Below are positions 11,200 through 21,220 of a stretch of 64,000 nucleotides of DNA, in pieces. The position numbers and the translations under genes were made by a program. Each line of letters begins with the position of its first letter. Within the stretch, counting starts at the first letter, position 1. This DNA is from Histomonas meleagridis 2922-C6/04-290x (Eukaryota > Protista > Parabasalia): NCBI GenBank assembly GCA_020184695.1, contig JAANOX010000121.1, positions 1-64,000 on the forward strand, read 5' to 3'. The notes under the pieces are model-generated. The model was not told the origin of the DNA and made no database searches. It saw nothing but the letters and a program-made list of their open reading frames with translations.

Positions 11200-11982
11200 T
11201 TATGAAGAATACTCAGGATTATAAACAATAAACTTTTCAGGGATAACTGCGTTTTGTGGTGGATTCCCATCGAACTTTAGCACGTAATATCCGTCTGTTG
11301 TCGAAGGCTGCGAAACAACTGATGCTTTATAGAAAACCGATGTCCAACCGCCAACTTCTTCGAGCCACAGCGCGAGCACCTTTGTGCGCAGGGAATACGT
11401 CGTATGCTTTGTCCTCCGTGCTGGCGATGATGTTGGCAGAGGTATTACTTTGTTTGACGGGACTGTAAATGTTAATATTTCATTTAATTCTGGATCTGCA
11501 TCACAAACAAGATATGTGTTTTTGTTAGGATCGTAGGATAGGATAAGCGCTAAAATATATTCTTTTTCTTGTTGTACACAGGCAAATGTTTTGGATGGAA
11601 TAATTTGATCTGTCGGAAAACGCATTGAACCACAAAGAGGTTGGTAAGGAGATGGGACAATAGGAAGCTTTTCATTGTAAAAATCATCAACAAGCTGATG
11701 AATTTCTTCGATTTTTGGTAATTCAATTTCTTCTTCATGTCTTGATGAAATAATTGCATCTATTCGATTCAACATTTCTTCTATACGATTCTTTTGCAGT
11801 TTTATTGAATGGTTTAAATTTTCCGTAAATCTGTCTAATGTATTGAATGTTAAACTTAAATCTGAAGAGCAATTTGTCAATATTTGGTTCATGTTATGCT
11901 TGGACTGAATTATGCTAATGTGGTTATTAAGGATATCATGAGAAATTGTCTTTGTGGAGTGCTTCTCCAAGGAGTTCAGCAT
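11200..11982 (-). CDS. SGF29: SGF29-like tandem Tudor protein (SAGA-associated factor 29)
   Basis: N-terminal coiled coil, then YILALILSYD...YLVCDAD...VIPLP...KVLALW...TSVFYKASVVSQP...YYVLKFDG, matching the SGF29 Tudor pattern. Confidence 0.75.
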   Translation of the reverse strand: MLNSLEKHSTKTISHDILNNHISIIQSKHNMNQILTNCSSDLSLTFNTLDRFTENLNHSIKLQKNRIEEMLNRIDAIISSRHEEEIELPKIEEIHQLVDDFYNEKLPIVPSPYQPLCGSMRFPTDQIIPSKTFACVQQEKEYILALILSYDPNKNTYLVCDADPELNEILTFTVPSNKVIPLPTSSPARRTKHTTYSLRTKVLALWLEEVGGWTSVFYKASVVSQPSTTDGYYVLKFDGNPPQNAVIPEKFIVYNPEYSS

Positions 11983-12313
11983 TTAATTCCTGTGCGCCCG
12001 TTTTGATTTTCTATTTCCGTAAAGCATTCAAAAATATTTTGTGTGATCTTTGATCTGTTTTCTATAGCAAATAAACGGTATATTATTCAAAAAGTGAACA
12101 GTAGAAAAGAGACCGTTACGAAAAAATGGTTCATTGACTCGATATACAGTGACCGTTTATATATGAATGCGACTTTTTGATAGATATCTATCGGCCATTC
12201 CGACCATAACCGTAATACCAGTATTTTTTATCTTGCATTTTGCAAAATGTTGAATGATATCAAAATAACAAAAAAAAAATAATAATAATGATTTTAAAAC
12301 TGAATATGATAAC

Positions 12314-14270
12314 ATGGAGTTCTTAATTAAACTTGAACAAATTATCTATAATTTAAAACAAGATAATCTTGAATTGGCTATTCAACAATCAATCAAATTA
12401 TTTGATTTCAACTCTCCATATTTATATAATTTGACAATTATCAATTTAGTTTATTATGCATTTTGTTCAAAAAAAGAAGCCAATGTTTTATATATAAATT
12501 ATTTAGAAACAATTCAAACTAAAGAAAAAGAAATTTGTAAAAAAAATCCTAAAATTATTTCAATTTTCACAAGTTATATTTGCAACATCAAATCACAAGA
12601 AGCATATTACTTAATTGAGAAAATGATAGAACGAAATTTAATTGATTCTAATATTACAAAGGGTATTCAAACAAAATATTTTGCACATTATAAAACAAAA
12701 ATAAATGGCATGCAAAATTTGAACACAAAATCCTCGTGGAGCTTTCATTCATACTATAATGATCCAATAGAAAAAACTTTTTCCAAGAATTATGAAGAAC
12801 TTTCAAAGAATGATTTTGCACTTCATAAGCAATTGATTAACGAAGGAGTTAATCCAAATGAAATTGCGAAAATAATTCGAAATGATGAGATCGAAAAACT
12901 TCAAGAAATATCATCACAAACAAATTTTAATTATAATCAAACAATTGAACCATCACTTTATGAAAAATGTTCATTTATTAATACACAAAATGTTACATTA
13001 ATTGATTATGCAGCATTTTTTGGATCTATTAAATGTTTTAAATATTTACTTATGAATGATGCAAATGTAAAGAATACAGGAAAATATGCAATTGCAAGTG
13101 GAAATGAAGAAATCATTCATTTATGTGAACAAAATCATTCATCATTTGTAGGTGCATATGAAACAGCAATTGAATTTCATCAAAATGATATCTTTGAATA
13201 TCTTTATGAGAATAAATTGGAAAAATTTAATGAAAACTTTCATCAAAATTCACAAATTTTTAGAAATGCGAGACAACAGCAATTAAAGTATGGCAATGAA
13301 TATCAAAATCAATCAGCATATGGATTGCATAATAAATCTTTAAATAGAAATGTGAAACAAAATTACATTGATGATTTGGGATATATATGTATTAAACGAG
13401 GAAATTATGAAATTCTTCTGTTTTTTCTTCAAAAACGGAATGAAAATCAATGAATTTGTAATTAATGAAACAGTAAAATTTAGTAACCCATATCTTATTA
13501 AGTATTTTCTCCAAAATAATCAAATTCCAAAAAATATTTTAATATTTAATTCAGTTTTAGGAAATGATGAAATGCTTAAATATCTTATTAAACAAGAAGA
13601 AATTGATGTTAATGCTAAAGATAAAATTTGTTTCAAAAATTTGATATTTCATAATAATATTTGGAAATTATTTATATTATTTAGAACAGTACTTATGATT
13701 GCATCTTCAAATGGTAAAATAGAAATCGTTAAATTACTTCTTGAACAAGAAGGAATTGATGTTAATGCTAAAGGTATTTATTTGTTTTATTTAAAGCATG
13801 TTTTAATAATTTGGCATTTTAAAATAATATTTGGAAATTATTTATATTATTTCAAACAGCACTTATGATTGCATCTTCAAAAGGTAATATAGAAATAGTT
13901 AAATTACTTCTTGAACAAAAAGGAATTGATATTAATGCTAAAGATATTTATTTGTTTTATTTCAAATTTATTTTAATAATTTGAAAATTCAAAATAATAT
14001 TTGGAAATTATTTAAATTATTCTATGCAGCACTTATATTAGCATCTGAAAATGGTAACATAGAAATCGTTAAATTACTTCTTGAACAAGAAGGAATTGAT
14101 ATTAATGCTAAAAATATTTATTTGTTTTATTTAAAATTTGTTTCAAAAATTTGATATTTCATAATAATATTTGGAAATGATTTAAATTATTTCAAACAGC
14201 ACTTATGATGGCATCTTCAAAAGGTTATACAGAAATAGTTAAACTATTTCATAAAAAGATGACAATTTGA
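12314..14270 (+). CDS. DUF3447/ankyrin-repeat gene, interrupted (one +1 frameshift and spacer-separated ankyrin modules)
   Basis: NPNEIAKIIRNDEIEKLQ...TLIDYAAFFGSIKCFKYLL...AIEFHQNDIFEYL (DUF3447-type). Frameshift at A5 13431-13435. Modules TALMIASSxGNIEIVKLLLEQxGIDINAKD follow, with terminal TALMMASSKGYTEIVKLFHKKMTI* ending at 14270. Confidence 0.8.
13623..14195 (+). repeat. Alternating array: 90-nt ankyrin modules and 63/80/80/80-nt AT-rich spacers built of degenerate 20-nt units
   Basis: Spacers at 13623-13685, 13776-13855, 13946-14025 and 14116-14195. The first equals the fourth minus its first 17 nt, apart from a few substitutions. Confidence 0.9.
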
Positions 14271-15200
14271 ATTCCAAAGCCAAGTTTCCAAGAAACAAAA
14301 CAAATTACATCAACATAAGTACACAAGTAAACAAAGTTGAAAGCAAAGCACAACAAAGCTAAAGTAATATGGAACATATTTTATAATATTAAGTACGTGT
14401 AAATTCAAACATTACATCATAAATAATATGGAAAAATGCATTTCAGAAAGGTTAAAATTGTTGAAGTTACGAAATTTTTTTGTTAATACTGTTAAATTTC
14501 CTTTTATTTTCAACACTGAAGTTTTTTTAATATATTCTAAAAATGGCGTAAAATATTAATATATTTTTAGCTAAAAGAGAAAACCACCTCAATCTCCCGA
14601 AAATGCACATAAATTATTCGCTATTATGGAATAAATCGCAAGGAGTTTGGGCAGAAAAAAAAATTATTTTGTTAATGTTTTATTTATAAAGAAAATTCTT
14701 CAAACATAACACAAGTTGATTACACTAGTTTTAATACTTATCTGTTATGTTACTTTTAACATCGGCGTTTTTTATCAATTTTAACACTTTAACCCAAAGA
14801 AATATCTAATGTCATTGAAGATTTTCTATATTTTTGTACATTAGTAATTCTCTATTTATGTAATGTATTCCTTTTCATTAGTAAAAATAGCATCAATTTC
14901 ATTTATTTTTAACTTTCTAAAGTGTACACAAGGTTTTACATATAGAACAAAAGTTTATGAGATTCATAAAATATCGCTTGAAAAATGCTTTTTTTTTTCA
15001 AATTTTAAAATTTCTCATGATTAACTTAGTTTATCTTTGTAATTTCTTTAAGTTCGTTACCTCATAATAACATCTCAAATTTTGTTTTATTCCATAAATT
15101 AATGTTAAAATTATTTTTCTTTCTTATGGTTGTTATCATCCCTTGAATTACCCTTAATAACCGTAATTTTTACCCCATAAACCAAAATCCACAATAAGTA

Positions 15201-15818
15201 ATGTCAGCAACTACTGCTGCACAACGCAATGAACAATTTGCTCTTTATCAAGTCAGGCTTCGTGCTGAAGAAATTGACTTTGTTTCACGAGAAACATATA
15301 ATTCAGATCTCCAAAAGCTTATTAATAAGTCATATTCAAAGCTCAATAATGATTTCGAATTGCAAAGAAATGAAATCACAAGAAATGCAAAAATTTCATA
15401 TTCAGTTTCGAAAAATGAGCAAAGAATTAATATTCTCAAATGTCAACAAGAAATCATTGAAAAAGCAATGAACGAAACGCGTAAAAAGCTCAAAGTATTT
15501 CGCAACACAAGCGAATATAAGGATGTTCTTTGCGATTTAATTGAACAAGGAATTAAAACATTGAGCGAAAAGGAATCAATTGTACGAGTTATCAAAGCGG
15601 ATATTTCACTTGCAAATGAATGCCTCCAAAAGTTAAGAGAAAAAGGTCTTGAGGCTATCGTTAGTGAAGATGATGTTTTATCTGATTCAATGATAGGAGG
15701 TGCAATCATTACAAATAGCAACAAAACAATCAGCTGTAACAATTCATTTGAGGGACGCCTCCAACTTGCCGTTGATGGAAGACTTCCACAGATATCCAAA
15801 CTTTTGAAAACTAAGTAA
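15201..15818 (+). CDS. ATP6V1E: V-type ATPase subunit E
   Basis: RINILKCQQEIIEKAMNETRKKL...YKDVLCDLIEQG...IGGAII...ISCNNSFEGRL is typical of V1 subunit E. Confidence 0.9.
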   Translation: MSATTAAQRNEQFALYQVRLRAEEIDFVSRETYNSDLQKLINKSYSKLNNDFELQRNEITRNAKISYSVSKNEQRINILKCQQEIIEKAMNETRKKLKVFRNTSEYKDVLCDLIEQGIKTLSEKESIVRVIKADISLANECLQKLREKGLEAIVSEDDVLSDSMIGGAIITNSNKTISCNNSFEGRLQLAVDGRLPQISKLLKTK

Positions 15819-15856
15819 AATTACAAGACTCTATCTTTTATTTTCACAACCCCTCG

Positions 15857-16183
15857 TTAAATTTGCATTCCAATCAATGCTTTTTCATGTTCATCAAATA
15901 ATTGATTTCCATCCATTAAAATTGCAACTAAAGAAGCTACTTGCAAACCAGTTGCATCTGAAACTTTGGAATCACTAGTATCATTACGCATTTTCATGAT
16001 ATCATCTTGGCAGTCATTATTGACTTTTGACATCAGGAATTGATTTAAATTTGCCTTTGGTGGAGTTTCAACTTTAAAATCACAATCATTTATACAAGAT
16101 ACAATTGGTTCTTCTAATTCTGGATAAGCTGTAAGGACAGCTTCAATTGATTCGTCGCGAATTTCAGCTAAATTATTGGTCAT
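15857..16183 (-). CDS. Hypothetical 108-aa acidic protein
   Basis: ATG-started ORF with protein-like composition, divergent from the SFT2 gene across 42 bp. Confidence 0.65.
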   Translation of the reverse strand: MTNNLAEIRDESIEAVLTAYPELEEPIVSCINDCDFKVETPPKANLNQFLMSKVNNDCQDDIMKMRNDTSDSKVSDATGLQVASLVAILMDGNQLFDEHEKALIGMQI

Positions 16184-16225
16184 TCAAGAATAAACTTTTT
16201 GAATTGAAAACGATCGAAATACTTT

Positions 16226-16654
16226 ATGTCGAGCTTACTGGACGCGGAAGAGGATACGAATTTTCTCGAATTGACACTTACACAAAGAATTATGGGATTT
16301 GCAGGAACCGCTGTGATTGGGTTGTTTTCAGGAATTTTGTCAATTTTTGCAATTGGACTTTTAAGAATCAGAAAATTCTCAATTCTTTTTGCTATATTTA
16401 ATCTAATGATAATATGTTCAACCGGATTTCTTATTGGTTTTAAAAAGCAATTTAAATCTTTATTTAGTCAGAAAAGAATTTACGCAACAATTGGCATGTT
16501 TGTTGGGATGATAATTACAATGATATTTGCTTTAAAGTGGAGATCAGTAGTTGGTGTTGTGATAGGTTTTTTAGTCGAAGGTATTTCTTTTGCATATTAT
16601 GCATTATCATATCTTCCATTTGGAAAAGAAATTTTTAACAAAATATTCACTTGA
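16226..16654 (+). CDS. SFT2: Got1/SFT2-family vesicle transport protein
   Basis: LELTLTQRIMGF...STGFLIGFKKQFKSLFSQKRIYAT...YYALSYLPFG; four TM segments. Confidence 0.9.
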   Translation: MSSLLDAEEDTNFLELTLTQRIMGFAGTAVIGLFSGILSIFAIGLLRIRKFSILFAIFNLMIICSTGFLIGFKKQFKSLFSQKRIYATIGMFVGMIITMIFALKWRSVVGVVIGFLVEGISFAYYALSYLPFGKEIFNKIFT

Positions 16655-17103
16655 AACATATTTTCAGAGTTGTGTGTTTCATGTGAAACATTGTATCTAA
16701 ACTGTTTATTTTTTTCTCATTTGTTTTCAAATATGTTCATATCCTAATACATGCATTTACACTATTTGGGCCTTCAACTAAGCTCAACAGAAGCTAGTAT
16801 TTCATTTGGGAAGTTAAGATAGAATGATTTTTGCATTTTTTTTCACTGAAGAATTTTGTTTCACTCGTACCAAATTAAAAACAGTTTGTGTTGACCTTGT
16901 AATAAAGGTAGATAGTTGTGGCATAACCCAAAAGTTAAAAGTATTACATATTTAAAAATATAATATTACATGCTTGAAATATTGTTTGGAACGAATAATA
17001 TCTGGGCTGTTGTTTTAACATATGTAATATAATTTCCATTTCATTCTAAAAATTTTTTCATCAAAAGAATGGCCTATTTCACATAACATTTCCTAATTTT
17101 ACG

Positions 17104-17382
17104 ATGTTGTTTTTGCAACTATTCAGAAGCCTTGAAGGAAAAGAAGTTGTTGTAGAATTAAGAAACGATATAATTATAAGCGGCGTGCTTTCGTCTACTG
17201 ATCAATTTTATAACTTTAGATTGAAAAATGTAAAAGTATTACAAGATCCTTTCCAATTCTATCCACTTTATATCATAGACAGCATTTTTATTCGTGGTTC
17301 ATCGGTTCGTTACATTCAACTCAAAAAAGATGATGTTGATCTTAATCTTCTCCATGATGCAACGCGTCGTCATAACCAATAA
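17104..17382 (+). CDS. LSM2: U6 snRNA-associated Sm-like protein LSm2
   Basis: MLFLQLFRSLEGKEVVVELRND...GVLSSTDQFYNFRL...FIRGSSVRYIQL. Confidence 0.9.
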   Translation: MLFLQLFRSLEGKEVVVELRNDIIISGVLSSTDQFYNFRLKNVKVLQDPFQFYPLYIIDSIFIRGSSVRYIQLKKDDVDLNLLHDATRRHNQ

Positions 17383-17638
17383 AAAAATTGTATTTTTGAT
17401 ATATATTCATTAAAGAATCCTCAAAGAATCAAAAAAAATAACACACAAATATTTTTCATCAAAAAATTATTTCATTTTTTTTCCATTTAAAATGAAATTA
17501 TATGACAACATGAGTATGTTATACGTTTGTGTTTTATTATACATTAAAAAATATTAAATTTTTGATTTGAGATCATTATCATACTTTTCCAAATAGTTTT
17601 AAAAATAAATTAAATGAAATGTTTGATGCAGATATTTT

Positions 17639-19225
17639 TTATTTATTATCACTTCTTATATCTCTCATAAGTGCATTTCCCTCTGCGACTGTATTTGGAT
17701 CAAATAATAATTTTTGAGCATATAAATTTGCTTTTTCGGACTTATCCTTATTTCTGTAATACTGTGCTAAAAACATTATTGCTTCTTTCTGCTCTTCATT
17801 TCTCATTTCACCTTCATTGTCAAACTTATCGAGATATGATTCAAAACAAAATGCTGTTTTATCTTCATCTCCTTCCTCTTTATACAGTTGTGCAAGTTTA
17901 TAGATAGCCAAGCCTTCACTGTCGACATTACATACAGCTCTTTGGTAACATCTGATTGCATTTTCGTTCTCCATTAGCTCTTCATAGCATTCTCCAAGAG
18001 CCAACCACATTCGAGAATCGAAGGGATTAATAATGACGGCCTTACGATAGTATATAATCGAGTGATATGGCATTTTGGCAATTTCATATGCACGGCCAAG
18101 GCCATATAGGGCACGGAAATCGCGTGGGTTATACTCAATGGCTTTGGTATATGCTGTTATAGCTGCAGTGATGTTGTCAAGCTCAACATATTCATGGCCA
18201 ATTAATGTCCAAGCAAATGTGAATGATGAATCAAAACGAAGTGCCATAGCAAAAAGAGAAATGGCTTCTTCGTGTTTTCCATTTATAGAAAAGAAGTTTG
18301 CTGTAGCAGTAAGTGTTTCAGGTCGGAATTTATCAATATTTGTTAAAGACTGAGATAAAGCAGAAAGACCAGCAACATCTTCTTTTACAAAAAGAAGATT
18401 TGAATATAACTCTAAAGATTCTAGGTAAAAAGGGAATTTTGTACGAAGTTCTTCAAAAAGTGACAAAGAACGATCAAAATCACGGTTATGGTAATAAACG
18501 GTTGCTTCTAATGCGATAACTGATGCACTCCTTGGGATATCTGAAATTTTTGGTAACATTTGAATTGCTGCTTCTGTTTGCTGGAGTTCTGATAATAATT
18601 CAATTTGGAAAAAAGTTTTCATCCAATGATCTGGTAATGAGACTAAAGTATTTGTAACTGTAGCATCATCAAATCGAATAAGAACTTGTAAAAGAAGTTT
18701 CCATGCGCTTCTATTAAGAGGAAATGATGATAATGATTCGATTAAGTATGGAATGCATTCTTTATAACGACCTCCTTTAAATAGTATTGCGGAAAAGATA
18801 TATTTGTTGATTGAATCGAAATCAGCTGATATTGCTTGCGCTGTTTTAATTAAAGGTGCAAAAGTATCAAACTTTGATGAGTTTGAAATTGGTAGAATAC
18901 CCAATGAGTTGGAAAATTCATTGTCTGTTATATTTTGGTCATTTTCTCTTTGTACGTCAAGCAATTGTGCTAATAAAGAAAGACTAATTGATCTTTGATC
19001 ATTCATTCCTTTAAGAGTAAAGGAAGCCTTTTTAAACTCTCCATTGCGGAATTGATTTTGTGCAAGTAAATATCTCGTATGAAATGAAGGAAAAGTAATT
19101 ATGTCTTTATTATCTTCTTCAAAAATAAAATCAAAAATCCAGGATGCACTTTGATTGAGGCATCTGGAAGATAATTCGATGTAAGAATTTAATATTGCTT
19201 CTTTATTTTGTTGGAGAAAGGACAT
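17639..19225 (-). CDS. CDC23: Anaphase-promoting complex subunit 8 (TPR)
   Basis: DKFRPET...NFFSINGKHEEAI...AWTLIGHEYVELDN...AIEYNPRDFRALYGLGRAYEI...NPFDSRMW. Confidence 0.92.
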   Translation of the reverse strand: MSFLQQNKEAILNSYIELSSRCLNQSASWIFDFIFEEDNKDIITFPSFHTRYLLAQNQFRNGEFKKASFTLKGMNDQRSISLSLLAQLLDVQRENDQNITDNEFSNSLGILPISNSSKFDTFAPLIKTAQAISADFDSINKYIFSAILFKGGRYKECIPYLIESLSSFPLNRSAWKLLLQVLIRFDDATVTNTLVSLPDHWMKTFFQIELLSELQQTEAAIQMLPKISDIPRSASVIALEATVYYHNRDFDRSLSLFEELRTKFPFYLESLELYSNLLFVKEDVAGLSALSQSLTNIDKFRPETLTATANFFSINGKHEEAISLFAMALRFDSSFTFAWTLIGHEYVELDNITAAITAYTKAIEYNPRDFRALYGLGRAYEIAKMPYHSIIYYRKAVIINPFDSRMWLALGECYEELMENENAIRCYQRAVCNVDSEGLAIYKLAQLYKEEGDEDKTAFCFESYLDKFDNEGEMRNEEQKEAIMFLAQYYRNKDKSEKANLYAQKLLFDPNTVAEGNALMRDIRSDNK

Positions 19226-19702
19226 GTTTTGAATTGTTAAGTGAAATTAGACGTTTAAAATTTTTTCAAGTTCTATAATTCTTCAATTATCATCATTGTA
19301 TTCTTCATAAAAATGCGTAATTTTAACTTTAATGAGAATTCTGCTGTTCAAATAATTATGGCAACCACGTTTATCTTTTTGCACTCTTGACAAAATGAAA
19401 ATAAATCTCTCGCTTTACTTAAAGATATCATTTATGATATTATTATCATATTTATTTTATCATCAGTTATATTGAACAACTTAATATCCGAAAATAAATT
19501 TGTTTAACAATATTTGTTGAGTTATAATTCAAAATAGATTCTGAATGAACAATTTTACAACTCACAATATTATACGATTCCAGGATATTGTAATAATTCA
19601 CAAGCTGTATTCGAACAAACATTCTCATTTTAAAACACATCAAAGCAGTCAATTTCCCTATCGGCTCGACCACAAATATGTTAACATTCATTTGTTTATT
19701 GT

Positions 19703-21220
19703 TTATTCGGGTCTTCTCTTAGTCACACTCACTGCAACAGCGTCAGTTGTCACTCCGCAGTTCCATTCCTGGTTTTCAGCTTGTATATAGACGTATCCTT
19801 CGTCTCCCCAATATGTGCTCCACGAGTTCTTTACTTCCCATGCCTCCTTACCATCGATTGTCTTCCATCCAGTTAAAATGACGGCGTGCACGAGATCATT
19901 CGAAGTACCAACACATGTTTCATCATCTACAACACCGCCAGTATACAATGACATACTTTCGACAACATTAATTGCAATGGATAATGGCCCGAACTTATAT
20001 AATGCCTTCTTAACTGCTTCCGTTGTACGTGGAATATGATAACATTTGTCAACATAGCCGGCAATTTGTTCGTCGCTAAAGTTTCCGCCACAAAATCCAG
20101 AGACGCCAATGTATGGATAATCTTTTTCATAAACAATGGGTAATCTCTTGTTAACATATGATGATAATGCCCAATTAACTTCGCCGCCTTGACAGCCATA
20201 GTTTTCGGCATCCCATGTGCAATCCATAAATTGATTAACTGAGATTTCATGGAATTCACCGGTAAGCATAGCAAATTGCGATTCAAGCAATTCGGCCGTG
20301 CCAAATGCCCAACATGATCCACATGCAACTTGATCGCGGGGTGCCCCAACAACCGTCGGCTTATGGTCGCGCCATGAGAAACCGTTTGGAAGTGATGGGA
20401 GAGTGAAGTTAAGAAGCTTACCAGTCTCTTCAGTGCTAAGGCAAACGTCATTAAATGGACGGGCTTTAAGATTCTTAAGTTTGCGAGATCCAATGATTGT
20501 GTCATACCAACGCTTACTGTCAATATGATCGAATTTGGGAGTGTGGCGAACACCACGTGACTTGAGAAGCTCATTGTTCTTGTGGATAGAGTTGTCGTTG
20601 CTGCTTGGGAAAAAGAGATTAAATTGATTGCCTGCATATGGATCATCAAGAAGATCTGGTTCATTGCAAATAGATGGGAAGCTCCATACACCGTAAAGAG
20701 CATCAGGAATGAATTCATTGATTTCTAATATGTAGACATCATAATGGGAATAGAAAAGGGAGATGGCTTGAGCAACATAAGCAACTGGATAACCAGTTTC
20801 ACTATCTGTGTACATTTTCCAAGTGGATGTTTTACCATCAACTTCAGTTTTAACATAAAGATTGCATAACTTTCCGTTATATGGATAAAGTCCTTCTTGT
20901 GCTACATAACCAGCAGGATCTGGAAGGAACTGTGTTAATTCAAGATCCCAATCAGCTGCAGATTTAGAATATCCATAACATATCATTTTATCACCTGCAC
21001 CAACAATTTTACGGTGAAGATGTTCTTCTTTGGTGGTTGTCCAAATTTGTTCTACTCCATTGAGTTGATTTGTGTATTGACGAGAAGGTTCATGAACAAT
21101 CGTAATTGGATTAGAAAGATTTGTATATGGAACTTTCCACGTGCCACGGATTGTGTACTTCGCAGGCCAGCTAAACATAGCAGGCGCAGATGCTCCTAAT
21201 GCAATCAATGAGAAGATCAT
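19703..21220 (-). CDS. Secreted papain-family (C1A, cathepsin L-like) protease with a long N-terminal extension (26/29-kDa proteinase/CfaD-like)
   Basis: Signal peptide; QVACGSCWAF (catalytic Cys), LVHAV (His) and KNSW (Asn). Confidence 0.9.
   Translation of the reverse strand: MIFSLIALGASAPAMFSWPAKYTIRGTWKVPYTNLSNPITIVHEPSRQYTNQLNGVEQIWTTTKEEHLHRKIVGAGDKMICYGYSKSAADWDLELTQFLPDPAGYVAQEGLYPYNGKLCNLYVKTEVDGKTSTWKMYTDSETGYPVAYVAQAISLFYSHYDVYILEINEFIPDALYGVWSFPSICNEPDLLDDPYAGNQFNLFFPSSNDNSIHKNNELLKSRGVRHTPKFDHIDSKRWYDTIIGSRKLKNLKARPFNDVCLSTEETGKLLNFTLPSLPNGFSWRDHKPTVVGAPRDQVACGSCWAFGTAELLESQFAMLTGEFHEISVNQFMDCTWDAENYGCQGGEVNWALSSYVNKRLPIVYEKDYPYIGVSGFCGGNFSDEQIAGYVDKCYHIPRTTEAVKKALYKFGPLSIAINVVESMSLYTGGVVDDETCVGTSNDLVHAVILTGWKTIDGKEAWEVKNSWSTYWGDEGYVYIQAENQEWNCGVTTDAVAVSVTKRRPE

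Noticed and set aside
10965-11231. 88-aa ORF in AT-rich intergenic DNA
   Set aside because: Non-coding composition (K/N/F/I), and it overlaps the SGF29 3' end.
13774-13859. Canonical GT-AG intron explanation for the ankyrin spacers (AAAG|GTATTT...AAACAG|CA joins in frame)
   Set aside because: Only 1 of 9 junctions has GT at this position. The CAG comes from Thr-Ala codons, there is no ACTAAC branch motif, and the splice would shorten the repeat further. AT-AC joins do not restore the frame either.
19927-20718. 263-aa alternate-frame ORF inside the cathepsin gene
   Set aside because: Expected by-product of the higher GC content of this gene; no protein motif.
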